From an uncultured virus (IMG/VR IMGVR_UViG_2061766007_000748) (lineage: Duplodnaviria > Heunggongvirae > Uroviricota > Caudoviricetes), in the IMG/VR virus record IMGVR_UViG_2061766007_000748: a stretch of 64,000 bases of DNA. The stretch is one strand, 5' to 3'. Below are positions 56,157-64,000 of this stretch, piece after piece (positions within the stretch are counted from its first letter, which is position 1; every line of letters begins with the position of its first letter). A program made the translations under genes and the position numbers. A model generated the notes under the pieces. It was not told the origin of the DNA and did no database searches. It saw only the letters and a list, made by a program, of their open reading frames with translations.

Positions 56157-56954
56157 GTATAATTTATTCTTCCTTCTCAGATAAAAACTTAAACAGTTCT
56201 TCAGCTTCCCATTTTACTTCACCGGGAAGTCCTTTACTTCTTTGAGTAAGTTCGTCACCATAGTGCATATAATCATCACCAATTTTAATGCTGTCACCAT
56301 TATTCTTAACATAAGTAATACCACAGTGCGTTCTAAAAGGAAAGTTATTCATAGCACCGTCATAATCGTCGTCTGTAAGATGGCACAGGTTCTTATAAAG
56401 TGGATGGTTTTTATAAATTATGGCATAAACATTCCAACACTCATTACCCATAAACCCACATAATTCATTAGCCTTCTCTTCATCATCTATCATATGCCAA
56501 TGAACGATTTCTACTTCAAAATTATTCCCTTTGTTTACACAATTCTCAAGAAAAATATTCCTTGGGTTTTCTTTTAGTTTCATTTCAAAATTCATTTATC
56601 ACCTCCTAAAATAAAGGGTTCATTGCAACCGTAGTATACATTTCGTCTACCTTTACATCCAAGTTTTCTTCTGTTCTAATTTTAGGTGCTTCCTTGTTCA
56701 CTTCCCTTAAAGTATCAATAATAACCTTGTCCGGTTCCTGTATAAGTTCAATTGTAAACTTGTTATTCAGATAACCCCAGCATACATTCCATAATGACTG
56801 GCTGTCATTTTTAATGCCGCACTTTTNNNNNNNNNNNNNNNNNNNNNNNNNNNNNNNNNNNNNNNNNNTCCACTCATTCTCATATGATTTTACTCCTTAT
56901 ACCTTAATAATAGAATTACTATGATTTTCACAGATTTATTATATATTTTTTAGT

Positions 56955-57626
56955 ATGAATGGAACTGTGAATAATAAAATAGAATCTACTCTAGCCAAAT
57001 NNNNNNNNNNNNNNNNNNNNNNNNNNNNNNNNNNNNNNNTAAATTAGTTCCTGTAATAAAACCTCATTGTAGACAAAATTCTGTAGAAGATATTTACCAG
57101 CATCTTTTTCTTTGTCCTGCTAATTTATCCAAGAAAAGAAACTTTCAACTTCAAGGTGTATTAAGTCCATTTATTTGTCTATGGAGAACTTCACCTATTA
57201 ACTGGAATAAAGAATGGTATGGAAGAAGCGTTTTGAATAGAGATTTTTATTACACGGATAAAGAAGGTATAACACAATGTGAACAGGGATTTTTGTACGA
57301 TGTAGAAATTGAATTTGAACTGTTTTCGTCTTCATACTATAAATCATTCCGGGATAGAGTAAACCAAAATCTTATTGATATGGATAGGCTGAGGTATTTT
57401 GATGTTTCCGTTACAGAATTATTAACCAACTGTTCCGATATGAAAACCAGAGCAGAATTTATGCTTACAGGAATGCAGGCTACAGATAATCTGGATAATG
57501 AACAGAATAATAGAAGTTTTGACCTTAATGCTAAATATAAGGTAAAGATGTCTATTCCTTACTGTAGAAGCTTTGATTATATTGAAAATGTTCAAATATA
57601 TCTTAATGATAATAAAATATACGAAA
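56955..57626 (+). CDS. Putative tail-completion/neck protein (gapped)
   Basis: Late-type motif directly upstream; lies before the sheath. Confidence 0.35.
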
Positions 57627-57979
57627 NNNNNNNNNNNNNNNNNNNNNNNNNNNNNNNNNNNNNNNNNNNNNNNNNNNNNNNNNNNNNNNNNNNNNNNNNN
57701 NNNNNNNNNNNNNNNNNNNNNNNNNNNNNNNNNNNNNNNNNNNNNNNNNNNNNNNNNNNNNNNNNNNNNNNNNNNNNNNNNNNNNNNNNNNNNNNNNNNN
57801 NNNNNNNNNNNNNNNNNNNNNNNNNNNNNNNNNNNNNNNNNNNNNNNNNNNNNNNNNNNNNNNNNNNNNNNNNNNNNNNNNNNNNNNNNNNNNNNNNNNN
57901 NNNNNNNNNAGGATAGAATATTAAATCTGTTACCAAGGAAATATTCTAACTAGATTTATATATTTTTTAAGGAGAAAAT

Positions 57980-58988
57980 ATGTCCGTTTACAATTATGGC
58001 GACCAAAAGATAGGATGGNNNNNNNNNNNNNNNNNNNNNNNNNNNNNNNNNNNNNNNNNNNNGATTTAGTCAGCCAGGACTTGTTACAAGACCGGCTATG
58101 ATTATAACTACAACTGAAACAGGTGCTAATGTAACGATACGCCCGTTTTCTCTTTTAATTCAACCTTCTGATATGAAAACAGATGTTACAGATGAAAACG
58201 GCAATAATATCATTGTCAGACTTGCTAAGGTAACAACAGAAAGTAATGTAACCGTTCCAATTGACGAAAATACCCGTGCTATTGGATTCAGGTATATGTT
58301 TAAGCAAGCCTCACAAGCGACAGGACAATCAGAATGGTATGGTGATTTCGTAGCCTTAGACACTGATACTATCAGAGGGTCTAATCCTTTTGAAGGTATC
58401 ATTATTGCAACCTGTATGTGTAATATAAACAATGATACTTCCGATAAATATTTTTCTGTAACCACAAGTGGAGCTGATATAAGTGATTTACTTCTTAAAG
58501 AAGAAGGATGGAATCCTAATTGCTGGGTAAGTCTTGTTTCACCAAGACGGGCAGCATTATCAAATGATAAGATAGCTTATACTAAATTAGAATTAAGAAA
58601 CCATAACAGTTCATTTGCATCTTATATAAACAGTACATCAGGTGTTACTTATATATATGCTCCTACCTATACATTTATGAATAACGGAGATGTTACGGGT
58701 ATTTATGAAAGTGGTGTTATATATCATACAGTAAGTGATACTAAAACACCATTTATTCAGAATGGGATCTGTTTCAATAGTAATGGCTTAACCTGTACTG
58801 ATTATGGTAACAGTATACCATTATCTAATACACAGGGTGGAATATTAGCAATAGCAGAAAGTGTTCACAGTGGTTCAACCTGTACTGATACACTTGCAGA
58901 ATCATTTGCTAACCGGATTAAATTGTATCCTTGTATCAAAGAACAATTAAACATATATGTATCAGATAATACATTATATATCAAATAA
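57980..58988 (+). CDS. Putative baseplate/fibre-attachment structural protein (joined across gap)
   Basis: Late-type motif and AAGGAG before ATG 57980; beta-rich; precedes the sheath. Confidence 0.4.
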
Positions 58989-58999
58989 GGAGTATTCAT

Positions 59000-60785
59000 A
59001 TGGATAAAGAAAGTGGAGTATACATTGAAATAAATGATAATACGTTTGAAACACCTGGCGTATCAAGTATGAAGGTACTAGTACCAATGTGTACAACCAA
59101 AGGTGAACTTGGACTAAATCTTGTTGACGCAAATAATTTCAAAGACATTCTTGGTTATGATTTGGACTATAACTCTAATTATTATGGTTTGAATCTAATG
59201 CTTGAGAATTTGTCTTATGCTTATGTATGGCGATTGAATCAGGACGCTAAACTTGCTAATGCTTATTTCACAAACACTTCTACAGCTAAAGGTAGTAATG
59301 CTAATGCAACAACATTCAGTGATATTACAGGTTCTACACCAAAACTTGCAGTGGCATTAAAAAACCCAGGAAACCCTCAGACAATTGCTGTTAAGTTTGA
59401 ACCAACTTATATTGTTACTACAGAACCAAATAATAATCCAACCACTACTACAACACAAGAAATTGTATTAACAAACGTTTCTTCTAGTGAAAGTAAAACA
59501 TTTAATGGTGAAACAATTAAAGGTGGTTGTATATTCTATGATGCTTTAGGTACAAGTGTTGTAGGTATTATTAAAGCTAATGCCGCTAGTGCATTAAAGG
59601 TATATCGAGTTGTAGATAATATAATTATTGATGACGTATCTGAAGGTACAACCGTTGTTACAGATAATTCTTGTGGAAGTGCTTCTTGGAGTTCAAATAC
59701 ACTTACCGTTACTCTTACTGCACCTCTTTCTAAAGAATCATATTATACTGTAAAAACAATTCCACCTACTATTACAGAATGGACTTTAATTTGTGCTTCT
59801 TATGACGGAAATACTCATAGTGAGATGAGTAGAAATAATTTTAGTACGAACTCATTCTCAGATATTTATTGGAAAAATGTTGCTTTTAAGAACATTGATT
59901 TGTACCTTAAAACTGAAAGTGGAACAGGAACAGAAAACATACCTAGTAACTGGACTGCTATTCGCGATTATTTCCAACTTGAAAATGGTTCAAATGGTGT
60001 TGCTGTAGATTCTATTATTGCTGCAAACATCGATACCACACCAATCGATAAAGCTCATTGTAATGTAATTGCAATGAATGGTATTACTGATTCTGCTGTG
60101 ATTAATAGAATTGCTCAGAAAGCAGAAAAATCATTCACTCACACTTTTGCTGATGCACCTGCAGAATCATCATATACGAATATTTATAACTGGAGGGAAA
60201 ATCTTTACAGTAGTGAATATTTAGCCATTGGTGCAAGACCAGATCAGGTTAAAATATCAGCAACCAAATCTATCTATGTATATCCTTCTGTAAACTATGT
60301 CTTGATTCTTTCAAGAATGCAAGACCAGTATCACTCACTTAATTATCCGCCAGCCGGTTTTACATACGGNNNNNNNNNNNNNNNNNNNNNNNNNNNNNNN
60401 NNNNNNNNNNNNNNNNNNNNNNNNNNNNNNNNNNNNNNNNNNNNNNNNNNNNNNNNNNNNNNNNNNNNNNNNNNNNNNNNNNNNNNNNNNNNNNNNNNNN
60501 NNNNCTCCTGTATTTATTATGGACGGACTTCGTGAACAGTTACAGAGTTTTGAGGAACAGTTCAATTTCCGATATATGTCGCCAACAGACCTTCTTAATC
60601 AGGAATCAGGAATCAAATCTATTCTTGATAGTTATGTTACACAAGGTTTTATTTTCAGATATGAACTTAATGTTCCAACTTATTCAGAAGCACAGGAAGC
60701 AGGTCGTACACTGGTTATCACAATTGGTGTTTCTATTGCTAAAGATAGTGAGGTTATCTATATCAATATTAATTTGAATAACTAA
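59000..60785 (+). CDS. Contractile tail sheath protein (joined across gap)
   Basis: 'SGVYIEIND', 'YAYVWRL', 'FADAP', 'YPPAGFTYG' and a sheath-type C-terminus 'QFNF..IKSILDSY..RTLVITIGV..SEVIYINI'. Confidence 0.85.
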
Positions 60786-61223
60786 GAGNNNNNNNNNNNN
60801 NNNNNNNNNNNNNNNNNNNNNNNNNNNNNNNNNNNNNNNNNNNNNNNNNNNNNNNNNNNNNNNNNNNNNNNNNNNNNNNNNNNNNNNNNNNNNNNNNNNN
60901 NNNNNNNNNNNNNNNNNNNNNNNNNNNNNNNNNNNNNNNNNNNNNNNNNNNNNNNNNNNNNNNNNNNNNNNNNNNNNNNNNNNNNNNNNNNNNNNNNNNN
61001 NNNNNNNNNNNNNNNNNNNNNNNNNNNNNNNNNNNNNNNNNNNNNNNNNNNNNNNNNNNNNNNNNNNNNNNNNNNNNNNNNNNNNNNNNNNNNNNNNNNN
61101 NNNNNNNNNNNNNNNNNNNNNNNNNNNNNNNNNNNNNNNNNNNNNNNNNNNNNNNNNNNNNNNNNNNNNNNNNNNNNNNNNNNNNNNNNNNNNNNNNNNN
61201 NNNNNNNNNNNNNNNNNNNNNNN

Positions 61224-61514
61224 GAACCTATGTGGTGTTATGATTTCTTTATGGCACTTAAAGACCTTACAGGAAATGAAGAAAATCAGGCATCTGTATA
61301 TGGTGTTCAGTCTAAATTCAATATAGGTATTGCAAAGATTTCTGTAGATAAGAAAACGATTACCGCATACAGACGTCTTGTTGGATGTCGTGTTTATGAT
61401 GTAGTACCAGGTGACGGATTAGAAAAAGAAGGGGAAGGAACTTCTTCTGTTAAGGTTAATATGGGTTGGGATAGAAACGTAGAAGATAAGACTATGCGTG
61501 GTAAAGAAGTCTAA
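61224..61514 (+). CDS. Tail tube protein (3' part; 5' in gap)
   Basis: Follows the sheath; 'AYRRLVGCRVYDV...VKVNMGWD' is a tube-like ending. Confidence 0.5.
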   Translation, partial: EPMWCYDFFMALKDLTGNEENQASVYGVQSKFNIGIAKISVDKKTITAYRRLVGCRVYDVVPGDGLEKEGEGTSSVKVNMGWDRNVEDKTMRGKEV

Positions 61515-61527
61515 GGAGCGTTGATGT

Positions 61528-62249
61528 ATGCGTCCTGAGACTTTACCTTTAATTTCTGACTACAAGAAAGAATACAAGTTTCTCTGGTTAATTGAGATTA
61601 ACGAAACCCGTGACAGCCAAGTTATGGATAGAGTTGGCATAGACGGTATGAAATTCTTTAACAATGTGGTTTCAGATANNNNNNNNNNNNNNNNNNNNNN
61701 NCTGAAACTGTAAATCCTCCTGATGATGAATTTGAAATTGAAACCATTCCTCAAGGTCCTGTAGATTATCAAATGCCTAAGAAAGTAAAGTTAGATGATA
61801 TATCTGTTACTTATCTTGAGGACACCTTAGAATCAGTATACAATTTTCATAAGGCTTGGTATCAGGCTATACGATGTGGAAAGACCGTAGGTATTAACAG
61901 TCCTTATTTATTTTCAGCGTCTGCCAGATACATTCCTTTTGATGATACAATGCTTGCAACAGAATATATAGCATTCAAGAATCAATTTGTTCAGAATTTT
62001 AATTCTGCCGTTTCAAGTAACAGATTAATGCCTAGTTTACCATTAGGAGCAAAGGCGACATCAATTATCACTTATCCTAGAATCTATCCTAAAAAGATAC
62101 ACCGTTCAGCTGCTAATCATGGTGGTGAATCAGTTGCTACAGTAGATGTTACCTATGCCCGTATTCCTGAATTTAAGAAAAAGAATACCGCTTTACAGAT
62201 GTGGGACGGTTATACCTGGCATAATACTTCTAACGGTAAAATGGTATAA
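61528..62249 (+). CDS. Tube-like baseplate/tube initiator protein (gp54/gp48-like; joined across gap)
   Basis: 'MPKKVKLDDISVTYLED..VYNFHKAW..YPRIYP..VDVTY'. Confidence 0.55.
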
Positions 62250-62294
62250 ATCTTAATATCTTTATTCTAACATTATATTAAGAGGTACCCGTTT

Positions 62295-62875
62295 ATGAGA
62301 AAGAATATTAAATTACCTGCTCCTCAATTATCACAACTTAAAGAAGTAAATCTTGATTTGGATATGACAGGAAGACACTATTCTTTATTGGCTTNNNNNN
62401 NNNNNNNNNNNNNNNNNNNNNNNNNTCAATTCTTAAAGACTTGATGGAAGAAGATGCTAATAAACTTACATTGGCAGAACTCAGGTATTTATTTATGTTA
62501 GTTAAAATCAACAGTCTTGAGAATGAGTATATTGTAAACGTTACTTGCTCCCATAAAAATAAGAATGGTGAAGAATGTGGTCACGTTAATGAAGTTAAGA
62601 TATTCCTCTCAGATGCAGATCTTAATCCAACACCATCAAATTATACACCACCAAAAATAAAATTCAGAACAAAAGATACGGAAAAAGAATATACTGTTAT
62701 GCCGTCTACAATGAATAAAGAAAGTCAGTTATACAATTATTTCCTTGTAGAACGTGGTGAAAATCNNNNNNNNNNTTCTTTCGGCGTTCAAAATAAAGTA
62801 TATGAAATTGAATGTAAGGAGTGTGGTGGAAGAATTATCTTCCAGTTACCCTTACTCAATGGACTTGTTGATTGA
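62295..62875 (+). CDS. Baseplate hub assembly protein, gp26-like (gapped)
   Basis: 'LTLAELRYLFMLVKINS..VTC..ECGH' and C-terminal 'ECKECG'. Confidence 0.6.
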
Positions 62876-63100
62876 CAGGAAAAACCGTTCATTAGAAAAC
62901 TTCTATAAGGATGTCTTAATACCTTTATCATTTTATAATCTCGGTTCTGTTAATGATTTACTTAATATGAAACAGTACGAACTCAAACAGTTACGGTCTT
63001 GTCTTAAAGATAAATCAATCATAAAATTACATTATGACATCATAGGTATACCGCTTAAACAGGACTAAACTGTTTTATATATTTTTAATAGAGGTTACAG

Positions 63101-64000
63101 ATGGCTACATACTCTCGTTCAGATTCAAGTTCTCAAACGGCAACAGCAACTCAGGTTTTACCAAGTAAAGATTTAAGTTCTGTTATTGTTAAATCATTGG
63201 AAAATATCGTAAAAGAAAACAATGATGGTAAGAATGAACAGGAAACCATTACAGATGCTATTAACAATTCTAATCTTAACAGTTTACTTGAAAAGAAAGA
63301 AAAAGATACTAATACGAAACAACTTGAGAATCTTCTTGTAAAATCACCTTCTGTAAATAAAATGCTTACCCAAACATTAAGTCAGAATATTGGTAAAGTA
63401 NNNNNNNNNNNNNNNNNNNNNNNNNNNNNNNNNNNNNNNNNNNNAGTGGTGCTATAGGTGGATTACAGAAAGCTGTTCATACACCACTTAAAACAATCGT
63501 TACGAAACTGGCATTAGGTGCAGCAATTGGAAGTCAAATATTTGTATTTCTGGAAGGAGCTTTAGCTAAGTTTCTTAGCGAAAAAGATTTACGGACAATT
63601 AATNNNNNNNNNNNNNNNNNNNNNNNNNNNNNNNNNNNNNNNNNNNNNNNNNNNNNNNNTGAACAAGTTCTTTCTAAAGTAACCATCATGGGAAAACCTA
63701 TCTATGGTTCTTTAACTAATGAAGAAAAAGACCAATTAAAAGAACTTGAAAAAGATAAGAATGTTCTTGCCTATAAAGCCGCTACCTATTACACGAAACA
63801 AACAGATAAAGAAATATTCAGGGAAGGTCAAAGGGTTGGTATTCACAATAAGGATGATTATGATCTTAATACTGAAGAAGGAAGATTAAAATTCAGATAT
63901 GATTATCTTGAAAAAATATCAAATATGTATTCGGGTGAAGAACGTGATAATATGATTTATTCTGAAGCCAGAAGAATAGACCAGTTGTACGAACAAAGAA
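63101..64000 (+). CDS. Putative tape-measure protein (partial, gapped)
   Basis: Long helical/coiled-coil ORF after the baseplate genes; late-type motif upstream; runs off the window. Confidence 0.5.

Noticed and set aside
1..64000. Stop-codon reassignment
   Set aside because: Long genes are intact in code 11 and TAA, TAG and TGA all end genes; fragmentation coincides with N gaps.
1..64000. CRISPR array, tRNA or rRNA genes
   Set aside because: No regularly spaced repeats or recognisable cloverleaf/rRNA sequence seen by eye; gaps could hide short elements.

Overview
AT-rich, N-gapped scaffold from a large tailed phage with a T4-like contractile tail, read in genetic code 11. Many genes are split by N gaps, so several ORF-track entries were rejoined by eye. 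Recognisable genes: terminase large subunit, T4 gp20-like portal, neck-like proteins, Ig/Fn3-type decoration proteins, two long fibres, tail sheath/tube/baseplate/tape-measure region, a CHAP endolysin-holin-spanin cassette (implying a diderm host, possibly a spirochaete), primase, SbcD/gp47-like nuclease, GroES, a ThyX-like enzyme, DUF932, a UDP-sugar dehydrogenase and a BtuF-like binding protein. There is also an ~11 kb run of small accessory ORFs. The standout is a 478-aa protein with 96 cysteines (hand count) in CxxC/CxxxC registers. It lies directly after a tail fibre and is followed by a radical SAM/SPASM enzyme, making it a candidate phage-encoded, thioether- or metal-crosslinked virion adhesin system. 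Other notable signals are a terminator/antiterminator RNA leader upstream of the primase operon, a family of TAATTAYAC-centred hairpins, three promoter classes, a gap-hidden sigma-like factor and a free-standing degenerate intein. Family assignments come from motif recognition only; no database searches were run.
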